Assembly: GCA_041650515.1 (NCBI GenBank)
Contig: JBAZLA010000001.1
Coordinates: forward strand, 146,710-210,709
From: Patescibacteria group bacterium
GTDB taxonomy: Bacteria > Patescibacteriota > Patescibacteriia > JACRDY01
DNA length: 64,000 bases
Direction: 5' to 3'
Below, piece after piece: positions 28,319-38,117 of the stretch (position 1 is its first letter; every line of letters starts with the position of its first letter). The notes beneath the pieces are model-generated. The model ran no database searches and was not told the origin of the DNA. It worked only from the letters and a program-made list of their open reading frames with translations. The translations under genes were made by a program, and so were the position numbers.

Positions 28319-30400
28319 ATGAACAAAAAGACTTTGGGCTGGCAGATTAGCGCCTTTATTCTTTCTGGCGTTTTTATCTTTGCCGCCTATCATTTTGCTG
28401 CTGCTGTTTACGCTCCCGGTGACACTTTAGATCCGGAATGTGAGCCAGGTGCTGAAGGTTGCACGGTCACCGCGCCAGCCATCTCAGGCGAGAATGATGA
28501 CATCACCTCATTAACTGGTCTAACAGAACTAAACGTCGGCGACGGCGCTTTTACAATTACTGTAGACGAAGAGAACTATGTGGTGAGTATCGACGAAACA
28601 ACAAACTTCGGGGTAGGCGATGGTGTTCTAGATGTTGATGTAGAGAAAGGCCAAGTCGGTATTAACAGTGAATTAGAAATTACCAGCCCGGGTGGCGAAG
28701 AAGCTGACGATATCAGTCTGTCTTTTCGAATAGAAGGCCTAGGTACCAACATCCCAGAAGAAGCGCCCATTGGTGAAGATGTTGCTGGTTTTATCACCTG
28801 GGATGATGTCGAAAATGGCGGACTAGATGTATGGGGAGTATCAATAGAGGGCCCGGCTTTAAGTTTTGTTGGTCTAATTACTGGTGAAACTGATGGTCCG
28901 GCGATCGGCTTTACGGTAGCTCAAATGAGTGAAGGAGAATTTGCCGCTATTGCTGATGACGCTATTGCTTTTGGATTCAGTAACGGTGACAATGACAAAA
29001 TCCTCAATATCCTGGGTAATGGCAACGTGGGTATCGGCACTGACGAACCTGATAGCCGACTAACTATTGAATATGAAGATAGTTCGGATCTAGCGAATTC
29101 CTTGCTTGATATTACCGTTGGTTCAGACGAAACTCCAATCGCTGGTGAAAATTATGCTGGCGGGTTAAGCGTTAGCATGACCTCCACGACCGGCGCGATG
29201 GTCACCAGTTTTGATTATGAGAGTGCTGGTCTGGTAGCGGATGCTTCAGTAGTCGGGAACTATATCGAGTTAAAAACTAATGAAAATGATGACGCCTCTG
29301 TTGCCTATGTTGGCTACCAAGCCACATTAACCGAACCCGAGGAAACGGAATCACCAGCGTTTTTAAAAGCCGGGTATACCACTTATACAAATAACGGTGA
29401 CTGGGATTATACCCTGGCGGCAGTTAATGGCGACTTAATTCTAGCGCCTTATGCCTACGGTGTCGGTAATGGTTATGATGCCTATCTCCAGGGCGGTGAC
29501 GCCACCGAAGAAGATGGTGGCAGTGTTTATATCTACGGCGGCGCGGCGGCCGGTGAGGGAGATAGCGCTGGCAATGTTATTTTAGCTTACCACGATGATG
29601 CTATTCAGGGTAATGTCGGTATCGGTACCGATAGCCCAATGACTTTACTTCATATCCAGAACGATGCTGCCGGTGATATGCCGCTAGCTTATATTTCATC
29701 AGGGTCCAGCGAGACGCCAATAAGCGATAACTATGTTTCCGGACTATCGGTCGAAATAAATGCTACGGCCACAGACTACGGCATTGACAGCACTTTCACA
29801 AGCCAAGGATTAGAAGCGAACGCAATTGGCCTGGGTTATTTCGCTCAAATTCAAACTAATGCAGCCGATGATGCCACTTCAAAATATATCGGCTACTTCT
29901 CCATGATGATGGATACCGTGGGTAGTCCTGCCGAAACGAAAATCGCCTTTGCCTCAATGCCTCAAGTAGGGAACTGGGACTATACTCTAACAGCTCTCGA
30001 TAGTGATCTAGTGCTGGCGCCCTATGCCTTTCAAACTGTCGGTGGCAATGATGCCTATCTTCAAGGTGGCGATGGGATCGGTGGTGAGGCTACTGATGGT
30101 GGCACCCTCTACCTATATGGCGGTACTGGCTTTGGCGGGGGAGCGAACGGCAATGTCGCTTTGGCCTATGATGGCACTGAGGCAGTCGGTTTGGTTGGTG
30201 TCGGCACGTCTACGCCGCTTACTCAACTCGATGTCGCTGGCGGTATGCGCGCTATTCAGCTAACTTACGACCCTTGTGATGGTGACGGCTACCCTGAAGG
30301 CACTCTATTCTATAACGATGCCAATGATTATTATTGTTTCTGTAACGCGGCCATGGCGGCCAAACAACTCCACTCTCCAGCCACCGCTTGTTTCGAATAA
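28319..30400 (+). CDS. Large secreted/cell-surface protein, acidic G/D/T/A-rich with internal repeats and Cys-rich C-terminus
   Basis: 693 aa. An N-terminal transmembrane or signal segment is present. The modules DWDYTLAAVNGDLILAPYAYGVGNGYDAYLQGGD and NWDYTLTALDSDLVLAPYAFQTVGGNDAYLQGGD are repeated. The C-terminus reads CDGDGYPEGTLFYNDANDYYCFCN. Confidence 0.6.
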   Translation: MNKKTLGWQISAFILSGVFIFAAYHFAAAVYAPGDTLDPECEPGAEGCTVTAPAISGENDDITSLTGLTELNVGDGAFTITVDEENYVVSIDETTNFGVGDGVLDVDVEKGQVGINSELEITSPGGEEADDISLSFRIEGLGTNIPEEAPIGEDVAGFITWDDVENGGLDVWGVSIEGPALSFVGLITGETDGPAIGFTVAQMSEGEFAAIADDAIAFGFSNGDNDKILNILGNGNVGIGTDEPDSRLTIEYEDSSDLANSLLDITVGSDETPIAGENYAGGLSVSMTSTTGAMVTSFDYESAGLVADASVVGNYIELKTNENDDASVAYVGYQATLTEPEETESPAFLKAGYTTYTNNGDWDYTLAAVNGDLILAPYAYGVGNGYDAYLQGGDATEEDGGSVYIYGGAAAGEGDSAGNVILAYHDDAIQGNVGIGTDSPMTLLHIQNDAAGDMPLAYISSGSSETPISDNYVSGLSVEINATATDYGIDSTFTSQGLEANAIGLGYFAQIQTNAADDATSKYIGYFSMMMDTVGSPAETKIAFASMPQVGNWDYTLTALDSDLVLAPYAFQTVGGNDAYLQGGDGIGGEATDGGTLYLYGGTGFGGGANGNVALAYDGTEAVGLVGVGTSTPLTQLDVAGGMRAIQLTYDPCDGDGYPEGTLFYNDANDYYCFCNAAMAAKQLHSPATACFE

Positions 30401-30422
30401 TAAAGAAACATAATATTGAGAT

Positions 30423-31622
30423 ATGCTTAAAAAAATATCCGCTATCTTAGTTATCGGCTTTCTAGTTGCCTACCCCGCGATCAGCTTAGCTTCGACCACC
30501 GATGGCACCATTGACTCCACCTACAAATACGCCTGGGGTGAAAACATCGGCTGGCTTAATTTTGGTAACGAAGGCGGTGATATCCATGTCACCGATAACG
30601 GCCTAACCGGCTATGCTTGGAGTGCCAATTATGGCTGGATTAATCTAGATCCAACTACCAGCGGCGTGGCTAATGATGGCGAGGGTGATCTGAGCGGCTA
30701 TGCCTGGGGCGAAAACCTAGGTTGGATCGATTTTGCTAATGTCAGTATTGATGATGACGGTCAATTCACTGGTACAGCTACTGGCACCATCTCTGGCGTA
30801 GTTACCTTTGATTGCACTAATTGCGATGTCCGGACTGACTGGCGACCAGCCAGCACTCGCAGCGGTGGTGGCACCAGTCGAAAATATCCACCGGCTGATA
30901 CATCAATTACTATTAATAATTACGCTGCGACCACTAGCTCAACGAGCGTCACGCTCAATCTAGCCGCCACCAATGCTACCCAGATGATTATTGCTAACTC
31001 CGCCGACTTTGCTGGCGCTAGCTGGGAGACTTTCGCCACTACCAAAAACTGGACGCTGACTGACGGCGATGGCCAAAAAACTGTTTACACTCAGTTTAAA
31101 AATACCTACGGTCAATCGGGAATCGTTTCTGATTCTATCACCCTAGCTACTCCCAGCCAACCAGGCGGCGGGACAACTCCGCCACCAACCCCACCAGCTA
31201 ATAATAGCGAAGAGGGTGATGATCAACAGATTGAAGAACCTCAAACCTACGCCGCCGGCAGCTTGGTTAAAGCACCAGAATTTGCAACGGTTTACTATAT
31301 CGGCGATGATGCTAAGCGCCATATTTTCCCAGACGAACATGTCTACTTTAGCCACTACTCGGACTTTTCTCAAGTCTTAACTATTCCACTAACCGATCTT
31401 CAACAATATCCCTTGGGTGCCAATATGACTTATAAACCAGGCAGTCTGGTTAAACTAACAACTGATCCCAAAGTCTACCGCGTCGATACGCCTAATATCT
31501 TACGCTGGATTGTTAGCGAAGAGGTCTTCTATGCCCTGGGCTATAATTTTAGCCTGGTTCACGATCTGTCTGACGCTTACTGGCTAGACTACACAGTTGG
31601 ACCAGATATCACTAGCTATTAA
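30423..31622 (+). CDS. Secreted cell-surface protein with WG-repeat modules and Pro-rich linker
   Basis: 399 aa with a signal peptide. Three repeats read YAWGENIGWLNFG, YAWSANYGWINLD and YAWGENLGWIDFA. A PPPTPP linker precedes a C-terminal domain. Confidence 0.6.
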   Translation: MLKKISAILVIGFLVAYPAISLASTTDGTIDSTYKYAWGENIGWLNFGNEGGDIHVTDNGLTGYAWSANYGWINLDPTTSGVANDGEGDLSGYAWGENLGWIDFANVSIDDDGQFTGTATGTISGVVTFDCTNCDVRTDWRPASTRSGGGTSRKYPPADTSITINNYAATTSSTSVTLNLAATNATQMIIANSADFAGASWETFATTKNWTLTDGDGQKTVYTQFKNTYGQSGIVSDSITLATPSQPGGGTTPPPTPPANNSEEGDDQQIEEPQTYAAGSLVKAPEFATVYYIGDDAKRHIFPDEHVYFSHYSDFSQVLTIPLTDLQQYPLGANMTYKPGSLVKLTTDPKVYRVDTPNILRWIVSEEVFYALGYNFSLVHDLSDAYWLDYTVGPDITSY

Positions 31623-31639
31623 CCAAATATAAGTAAATC

Positions 31640-31672
31640 TAAAACAGCCCCGTAAAACGGGGCTGTTTTATT
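31640..31672. terminator. Bidirectional rho-independent terminator
   Basis: The stem aaaacagccccgtaaaacggggctgtttt sits between convergent genes. Confidence 0.6.
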
Positions 31673-31687
31673 ACTTCGTCGAAGGTA

Positions 31688-31888
31688 TTAGACGCGGGTA
31701 ACGTTGACCGCGCGAGGACCCTTTTCAGAATCTTCGACGTCAAATGTCACAGCATCACCTTCATGAAGAGAGTTGAATTCGACACCTTGAAGGCTTGAGG
31801 AGTGAAAAAACACATCCTTGCCATCGCCATCATCGGGGGCGATAAAGCCAAAGCCTTTGTCGGTCAGTCTTTTAATCTTTCCGTTCAT
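31688..31888 (-). CDS. cspA: Cold-shock protein (CspA family)
   Basis: MNGKIKRLTDKGFGFIAPDDGDGKDVFFHSSSL carries the RNP1/RNP2 motifs. The start is placed at the internal Met. Confidence 0.85.
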   Translation of the reverse strand: MNGKIKRLTDKGFGFIAPDDGDGKDVFFHSSSLQGVEFNSLHEGDAVTFDVEDSEKGPRAVNVTRV

Positions 31889-32118
31889 AATGAGAAAATA
31901 GTTGATTAACTGCAAAGTGGGTTGTGCCGCAGAAATTCGACTGCTTTCTACTTATGGCAAACTTTTTGCACCAGCAATATACCATATAACCAAAAACAAG
32001 TCAACCACCAACCAGCAACTGAGAAAAATATGACTAAAATGTTATTAATAATATTGACAAGAATTATCAAATGATATACCATAAAGCATCCACACTAAAC
32101 CAGGTTGGGAGATCCAGA

Positions 32119-32331
32119 ATGCCGAAAAAGTATGACATGTGGAAATTGGACGGGGTTGAACAAGAACGAGCTTGGGAAGGATTGACCCAAGCTGAAATTG
32201 ACAGCTACGCTTTGGGATTAGAGATGAGCCCGGATCGGTGGGCCTTAGTAAAAGCAGCCCTGCCGCGTTGTCCCGCTATTACTGAACTGATTGAATTTAT
32301 TCGACCTAAATCAGCCGAAACGGCCGGATAA
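32119..32331 (+). CDS. Hypothetical small protein (70 aa)
   Basis: The ribosome-binding site ggttgggag lies 7 nt before ATG MPKKYDMWKL. GC is moderately elevated. Confidence 0.35.
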   Translation: MPKKYDMWKLDGVEQERAWEGLTQAEIDSYALGLEMSPDRWALVKAALPRCPAITELIEFIRPKSAETAG

Positions 32332-32456
32332 ATTGTTGGATTAATTTTTAGCAACCCGGCTCCAGACCAACCAAAAAGTCTACATCAAATGTAGACCGAG
32401 CCCACCAGTGGAGTGGGATTTTTTTGTTAAAGCTTAAAATAGATTAACAAAAAACA

Positions 32457-33386
32457 CTATCTTAAAATAAAATTAAACAGATACCCAGTAAACATAATCC
32501 CCAAACCAACGACTCCAGCAAAGAGTAAAATTAGCTTTGTCTTCATTATTTTTTTTAAAATCATAAATTCGGGCAAAGACAAAGCGGTTACCGCCATCAT
32601 AAAGGATAGAGCCGTACCCATCGCCACGCCTTTTTCAGTCAAGACGCTCACCAACGGGATAACCCCAGCCGCGTTGGAATAAAGCGGTATGCCAAATAAA
32701 ACCGCCAAGGGTACCGCGTACCACCTGTTGGCGCCAGCATAGCGAGCCAAAAAGTCAGTTGGCACATATCCATGAATAATCGCTCCTAAGCCAACGCCAA
32801 TAATAATATACGGCCAAACTTTTTTTAAAATACTTAGGGTATAACCCCAGGCATAGGTTAATCGATCCGACCAAGATAATTGATTAACAAAAGCAGCACT
32901 ATTATTTCTGGTTTTGAAGATAAAATCAGCTACTAGATGTTCAATACGAAGTTTACCAATAATAATTCCAGAGGCAATAGCAATAATCAGACCGCTGATA
33001 ATATATAATAAAGCGATCTGCCAACCAAACAAACTGAAAAGTAAAACTAAGGCCACCTCATTGATCATTGGCGAGGCCACCAAAAAAGAAAAAGTAACAC
33101 CTAGGGGAATACCGGCTTCGACAAAACCCAAAAACAACGGCACGGCTGAACAAGAACAAAAGGGGGTAATAATGCCTAAAATCGAGGCTAAAATGTTACC
33201 AATATATTCGTTCCTCTTAACCAAGAACTGTCTAATTCTTTCTGGCGGTAAGAAAGAGCGGACAACTGAGATAACAAAAATAATAACTACCAACAGGACA
33301 AAAATCTTGATCGTATCATAGATAAAAAAATCTATACTGGCTATAAAAGCTGGCTGGCTAACTAAATATTGGAAGTAATCTATCAT
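32457..33386 (-). CDS. Predicted permease (DUF318/UPF0718, YraQ-like)
   Basis: 309 aa with about 8 transmembrane helices. It is followed by a thioredoxin-like CXXC partner, as is usual for this family. Confidence 0.55.
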   Translation of the reverse strand: MIDYFQYLVSQPAFIASIDFFIYDTIKIFVLLVVIIFVISVVRSFLPPERIRQFLVKRNEYIGNILASILGIITPFCSCSAVPLFLGFVEAGIPLGVTFSFLVASPMINEVALVLLFSLFGWQIALLYIISGLIIAIASGIIIGKLRIEHLVADFIFKTRNNSAAFVNQLSWSDRLTYAWGYTLSILKKVWPYIIIGVGLGAIIHGYVPTDFLARYAGANRWYAVPLAVLFGIPLYSNAAGVIPLVSVLTEKGVAMGTALSFMMAVTALSLPEFMILKKIMKTKLILLFAGVVGLGIMFTGYLFNFILR

Positions 33387-33392
33387 TATAAA

Positions 33393-33635
33393 TTAGGTTA
33401 TATTCTCCTGAAGCAACTTTTTAATCTTCTCTTTGCTCGGCAACAGGCCGGCCAATATTGGCCGACCATTAACCGCCAAGACCGGCAGTGACATCACGCC
33501 CATCGCCAAGGCTTTATCAATATCCTTTATATATTCAACCTCAATCGGCCAGCCAAGCTCTTTGGCCGCCTCTTGGGTTACTTTATAAAGCTGATGACAG
33601 GTCGGGCAACCCGATCCTAAAACTTGGATATTCAT
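33393..33635 (-). CDS. Small thioredoxin-fold redox-active protein (CPTC)
   Basis: 80 aa, beginning MNIQVLGSGCPTCHQLY. Confidence 0.6.
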   Translation of the reverse strand: MNIQVLGSGCPTCHQLYKVTQEAAKELGWPIEVEYIKDIDKALAMGVMSLPVLAVNGRPILAGLLPSKEKIKKLLQENIT

Positions 33636-33658
33636 AAAATTACTAACAAAAATATATA

Positions 33659-33853
33659 TTATTTTTCAAAAATAAACAAATCGTCAATTTTGGTTTGCAG
33701 CACTCTAGCTACATCATAAGCCAGCTGCAATGACGGATTATATTTCCCTTGTTCCAAAAAAACAATAGTCTCGCGTCGAACGCCCACTTTTTTAGCTAAA
33801 TCATCCTGGGTTAGATTGTGCCGAGCCCTAAGCTCTTTAATTCGATTTACCAT
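33659..33853 (-). CDS. XRE-family helix-turn-helix transcriptional regulator
   Basis: 64 aa. The helix-turn-helix is [24 protein letters not shown]. Confidence 0.75.
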   Translation of the reverse strand: MVNRIKELRARHNLTQDDLAKKVGVRRETIVFLEQGKYNPSLQLAYDVARVLQTKIDDLFIFEK

Positions 33854-33863
33854 ATCAATTATT

Positions 33864-34310
33864 TTAGACCCGACCGCCGCGGCGACTAAAATGCCAATAA
33901 GCTAGGCTAAAAACTAGCGCCATCCCTATAATTCCCAACTCGCCGATATGTCGCGGGGCTAGCCCCCAAGCTGTAAAATAAGACGTTTCAGATAACCAAG
34001 ACAAAATCAACAACCAATAGATTCCAACATAGAAAGCCCAAGTAGCCGCTTGTCTTTCTAGACCTTTGGAACGTTCATCTTTGAGTGGAAAACCCTGTTT
34101 AACCCTTTGATAAACTTTATACAATGAGACAGCCGCCGTCACCACTATAATAATCGCCAATGGCCCGAGTATCGTCACTCTGGAGTAGTCACCCTTAATT
34201 AGAAAAATAACTCCCAACGCTATCACCATCAGAATTACGGTTATAGTTAAAATAATAATCAAACCTAACCTTGTTTTGTCATTCATATTTTTTAGATTAT
34301 TTTTTACCAC
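33864..34310 (-). CDS. Small membrane protein (2-4 TM), partner of XRE regulator
   Basis: A 148-aa hydrophobic ORF that overlaps the next ORF by 14 bp. Confidence 0.4.
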   Translation of the reverse strand: MVKNNLKNMNDKTRLGLIIILTITVILMVIALGVIFLIKGDYSRVTILGPLAIIIVVTAAVSLYKVYQRVKQGFPLKDERSKGLERQAATWAFYVGIYWLLILSWLSETSYFTAWGLAPRHIGELGIIGMALVFSLAYWHFSRRGGRV

Positions 34311-34677
34311 AATTATAAATTTGATACAAAACCACGTTAAGAATTAGCAAAACACAGACCGAGTAAGAAGCAAAATAACCCGGCACTAAGAGCTCCGGGT
34401 GGGTTTTACTTAAGGCGATAGCAACAATACTAACCAAAGCTAATAACAATGAGTAAACAGCAATCGCTACCCGGGCCGCTTGGCCAGCCACCTGGAGATC
34501 GCGCTCGTCAGCTAAAACTTCAGTAACACGCTTTTTAAGCACATAAATCAGGCTAACTGCCGCCACAAAACAGATTATCGGCAAAATATAATCACCACGA
34601 ATAATTGACTGACCAATAATTATAGCCAAAGTCATGGTTAAAGATACTTGGATAATTTTGAATTTCTTCTTAGTCAT
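34297..34677 (-). CDS. Small membrane protein (4 TM)
   Basis: A 126-aa hydrophobic ORF. Confidence 0.4.
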   Translation of the reverse strand: MTKKKFKIIQVSLTMTLAIIIGQSIIRGDYILPIICFVAAVSLIYVLKKRVTEVLADERDLQVAGQAARVAIAVYSLLLALVSIVAIALSKTHPELLVPGYFASYSVCVLLILNVVLYQIYNCGKK

Positions 34678-34815
34678 GATTTTTAAGCTTAAATTGTTAA
34701 GTATTCCTAACTTAATGTTATATTATTCTAACATTACTGTCAAGTGGATAAAAATATCAAAGTTGACAAATAAAGCTACAACCGGCAACCTAGACAATAG
34801 AAAAGGAGGGCTAGA

Positions 34816-35058
34816 ATGACCAAAGATACGGGCCTGCAATGCCGCACCTGCGGCGGCGCTCTCTGGATCCAGATTTCGCCGGAAGACCTGGAATCGCCAG
34901 TGGCCATGGTCCACAACGACAGCTCAGGTGAGCCGTGCCACGGCTCACTCCAGCCGGTAAAGGCCACCTGCCAAAAGTGCAGAGAGACCTTTATCTTGGA
35001 CCGACTGATCCACAATAAAAGAGGTGTCCTTTGCCCTAAATGTCGTCCTACAAAATAG
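34816..35058 (+). CDS. Cys-rich zinc-ribbon protein (3x CxxC), GC-rich island
   Basis: 80 aa with the ribosome-binding site aaaaggagggctagaATG. It contains CRTCGG...C..C...CQKC...CPKC. The terminator cagagccccttacggggctctg is downstream. Confidence 0.5.
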   Translation: MTKDTGLQCRTCGGALWIQISPEDLESPVAMVHNDSSGEPCHGSLQPVKATCQKCRETFILDRLIHNKRGVLCPKCRPTK

Positions 35059-35528
35059 GACCGAGCCATTTAGGGCTTTTTTATTTAAAATAAGCTAAAA
35101 TAACAGAGCCCCTTACGGGGCTCTGTCAGTTCAACGAAGAATCGTTAGAACTTAAGCAGCTTGATCACCGCCAGCAGGGGCGGCGGTTTCCTCACTTGGA
35201 GTCTGAGGAGCAGCGGCTTGATCGCCACCAGCAGGGGCGGCCTGAGTGTTTTCGTCATCAAGATAAATCATTTCTTTGTGGTTATTTATTAGTATAGGTT
35301 TACACTAAACCTTAAAGCTTGTTAAGTATAACAGACTCAACTATTCTGTCAACCCATCAAAGCAAAAAATGTCTAAAATTAAACAAAATTCTAGTCAAAC
35401 AATAGTGATGGCTATTGACCAGATAAGAGAAGATAAGCCCACTACAATAGCTTCCTATTTTTAGCTAGTTGACAGAATATAGTTATGGGTATATATTCAT
35501 AATAGATCTAATAAATAATCTCAAATGT

Positions 35529-35705
35529 ATGCCTAACATGGATGGAACCGGCCCAGCGAGCCAGGGACCCAAAACCGGCGGTCAGCGTGGTAATTGCCCC
35601 GGCGCTGTTCCACGCTCCCGACCTTTTGATGGCCGGGGCGGCGGTCTTGGCCAAGGTCGCGGACGACGCGGTAATGGTCGCGGTCAGAACTTAGGCCAAG
35701 CCTAA
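35529..35705 (+). CDS. DUF5320-like small Gly/Arg-rich protein (MPNMDGTGPASQGPKTGGQRGNCPG...)
   Basis: The N-terminal MxxxDGTGPxxxGPxTGxxxGxC pattern is followed by an RGG-rich tail. The terminator aaacccgcacc...ggtgcgggttt is downstream. Confidence 0.5.
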   Translation: MPNMDGTGPASQGPKTGGQRGNCPGAVPRSRPFDGRGGGLGQGRGRRGNGRGQNLGQA

Positions 35706-35799
35706 AAAAATATAAACCCGCACCTTTTACTCGGTTACCCTAAGGTGCGGGTTTATATCACCAATTTAACAATTAAAGTAATAAATATCAACCAACTAT

Positions 35800-36078
35800 A
35801 TGCCCCGACCAAGAAACTGCCGTCAGATTTTTATCCAACCCAAAACACTATTCTATAAACCTCAAGGTATCCCATTAAGAGACCTGGCAATCGTTGAGCT
35901 TCATCTAGAAGAACTGGAAGCGTTGAGATTAAAAAATTTAGAAAATTTGGAACAAACCGAGGCGGCAGCGCGGATGAATATTTCACAAAGCACCTTTCAA
36001 CGAACCCTCTCTGCTGCTTACAAAAAAATCAGCCTGGCTCTGGTTGAGGGTAAGGCAATCGCTATCCAGAAAGAGTAA
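35800..36078 (+). CDS. DUF134/UPF0251-family putative DNA-binding protein
   Basis: 92 aa. The sequence MPRPRNCRQIFIQPKTLFYKPQGIPLRDLAIVELHLEELEALRLKNLENLEQTEAAARMNISQSTFQRTL matches the family signature MPRPxxCRxI...P....FKP.GIP. Confidence 0.7.
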   Translation: MPRPRNCRQIFIQPKTLFYKPQGIPLRDLAIVELHLEELEALRLKNLENLEQTEAAARMNISQSTFQRTLSAAYKKISLALVEGKAIAIQKE

Positions 36079-36104
36079 AATAATAAATCAATTATTACAA
36101 AAAG

Positions 36105-36551
36105 TTAAAACCACCGTCTGGTTTTGTTTTTATAGTTTAAATATTCTTGGCCAAAAGTTTTGATCATTTTTTCTTCCTCGTAGGGGATAAACATAAAATT
36201 AGTAACCAAGAAAAAAACCACCGGCGTGAGTAACGAAATCAAGTTACCCAAAAAAATAGCTAAACCCAATAAACTAATTACTCCACCCAAATACATCGGA
36301 TTGCGGCTAAAGCGATAAAGATTTTCGATAACTAAACGAGTGGAATCAGCAAAGCTTTCCGGCGTTTGATGTTTTCTAAATAACAACCAAGATCTTATTA
36401 TCAAATAAAAACCGACTATAACTAAAATCAGGCCGATCGAATTGTATGGAAAATTAATTAAATTAGCCGAAGGTATAAAATAAAAAAATAAAACACTAAT
36501 TATCAAACTGAGGTAAAAATAATTGGGCGGGATAGATACAATCTTTTTCAT
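36105..36551 (-). CDS. Isoprenylcysteine carboxyl methyltransferase (ICMT)/phospholipid methyltransferase family membrane protein
   Basis: 148 aa with the RNPMYLG motif and four transmembrane helices. Confidence 0.65.
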   Translation of the reverse strand: MKKIVSIPPNYFYLSLIISVLFFYFIPSANLINFPYNSIGLILVIVGFYLIIRSWLLFRKHQTPESFADSTRLVIENLYRFSRNPMYLGGVISLLGLAIFLGNLISLLTPVVFFLVTNFMFIPYEEEKMIKTFGQEYLNYKNKTRRWF

Positions 36552-36574
36552 ACTCTCAAATCAAATTTAAAAAA

Positions 36575-37408
36575 CTAACACAATAATAAACTCAAAGCCA
36601 TTACCGCCATGCCGGCAATCAAACCATAAATCACCAGATGATGTTCGCCATATTCCTCGGCCGCCGGTAATAATTCATCTAAAGAAATAAAAATCATAAC
36701 GCCGGCAATAGCGGCAAAAACAATTCCTAAAATTGTATTATTTAGGAATGGAGATAAAACAAGATAACCGACTAGAGCTCCTACCGGTTCAGCCAATCCC
36801 GAAAAAAATGAATACAAAAATGCCTGCCGCTTGCTGCCAGTAGCATAGTAAACTGGAATAGAAACAGCCATGCCCTCGGGAATATTATGAATGGCCACCG
36901 CCACAGCAATCATGATACCAAAATGAATATTATTTAAAGCACCAAAAAAAGTGGCTAGACCTTCGGGAAAATTATGGATAGCTAAAGCAACCGCCACTAA
37001 AATACCAAGACGAAACAATTTTTGACATTCTAGATGATGGTGGCGATGCCGACGACAACCACCGTGGCCCATATCATCGAGTTGGTGAAACTCATGGGGG
37101 TTTTCACAATGCGGCAACAATCGGTCTATAAGAGCGGCCAAAGCAATACCACCAAAAAAAGCCGCCACGGCAATCATTAGGCCTAGCTTAGAACCAAAAT
37201 CAGTAATGATTAACTCCCGACCGCTGGGAAATATCTCCACGAAAGAGATGTAAATCATCACTCCGGCCGAAAAACCCAAAGCCAATGATAAAAAACGAGT
37301 GTTAGTTCTTTTGGCAAAAAAAGCCAAAAAACTACCCACCCCGGTAGCTAACCCAGCGAGGAGAGATAAACTCAGAGCAAATAAGACCTCATTAATACCA
37401 AACACCAT
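36575..37408 (-). CDS. ZIP-family metal transporter with His-rich cytoplasmic loop
   Basis: 277 aa with HNFPEGLAT, HNIPEGMAVS and a HGGCRRHRHHHLEC loop. Confidence 0.75.
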   Translation of the reverse strand: MVFGINEVLFALSLSLLAGLATGVGSFLAFFAKRTNTRFLSLALGFSAGVMIYISFVEIFPSGRELIITDFGSKLGLMIAVAAFFGGIALAALIDRLLPHCENPHEFHQLDDMGHGGCRRHRHHHLECQKLFRLGILVAVALAIHNFPEGLATFFGALNNIHFGIMIAVAVAIHNIPEGMAVSIPVYYATGSKRQAFLYSFFSGLAEPVGALVGYLVLSPFLNNTILGIVFAAIAGVMIFISLDELLPAAEEYGEHHLVIYGLIAGMAVMALSLLLC

Positions 37409-37473
37409 AAATAGTTATACGACGATTAATATATTATAACGCGCCTCAAACCACCGGCCGAGCAACAGCCTAA

Positions 37474-38040
37474 TTAAAGCCTAGAACCAATAAACAAAAT
37501 GACAAATATACCCGCGGTATTCAGAACATAAGAAAGGAGATAGAAATTCCTATTAGAAATACCCGACGAAGCAAGTAGCGAGACCCCGATCTCATCGGGC
37601 AAGGGAGAAGCAACTAAAACAGCTCCCAAAATAGGCAAAAAATATTTCTGAACCAATAGCGACATTTTAGATTTTAGATAAACAAATATCCTTTGTTGCG
37701 CTAGCCGCTCGATTTCATCAATAAAAGAATGCCGGATAAACTTAAATAAAATAAGATCCGAGACTAAAGCACCAAGACCGGCGACTAGGCCAGCCAAGAT
37801 AATATTTTGTCCTTTAGCTAAGATCAATAAAATTACGGTGGCCGGCGCGGCGGTAAAACCATAAACATAAAGCATACCAACAATAAAAATACCAACATAC
37901 CCTAGCGAGATCAAAAAATCGTGCCAAGGCTCAAAGTTTCTCTCAATAAACAAAAAATAAGCCAAAAAGACAGTCAATATTAGAGCCAAAAATTTGGGAT
38001 AACGGAGATAAGAGAATAAGTCTTTTATTTTCATAAACAC
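37474..38040 (-). CDS. Hypothetical polytopic membrane protein
   Basis: A 188-aa hydrophobic ORF. Confidence 0.4.
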   Translation of the reverse strand: MFMKIKDLFSYLRYPKFLALILTVFLAYFLFIERNFEPWHDFLISLGYVGIFIVGMLYVYGFTAAPATVILLILAKGQNIILAGLVAGLGALVSDLILFKFIRHSFIDEIERLAQQRIFVYLKSKMSLLVQKYFLPILGAVLVASPLPDEIGVSLLASSGISNRNFYLLSYVLNTAGIFVILFIGSRL

Positions 38041-38117
38041 ATTATATCTTATTATAAAACTAAAAACATCTCCTTGCCATTAGAAGCTGGCTAACCGCCC
38101 AGAAAATCATAAAAAGG

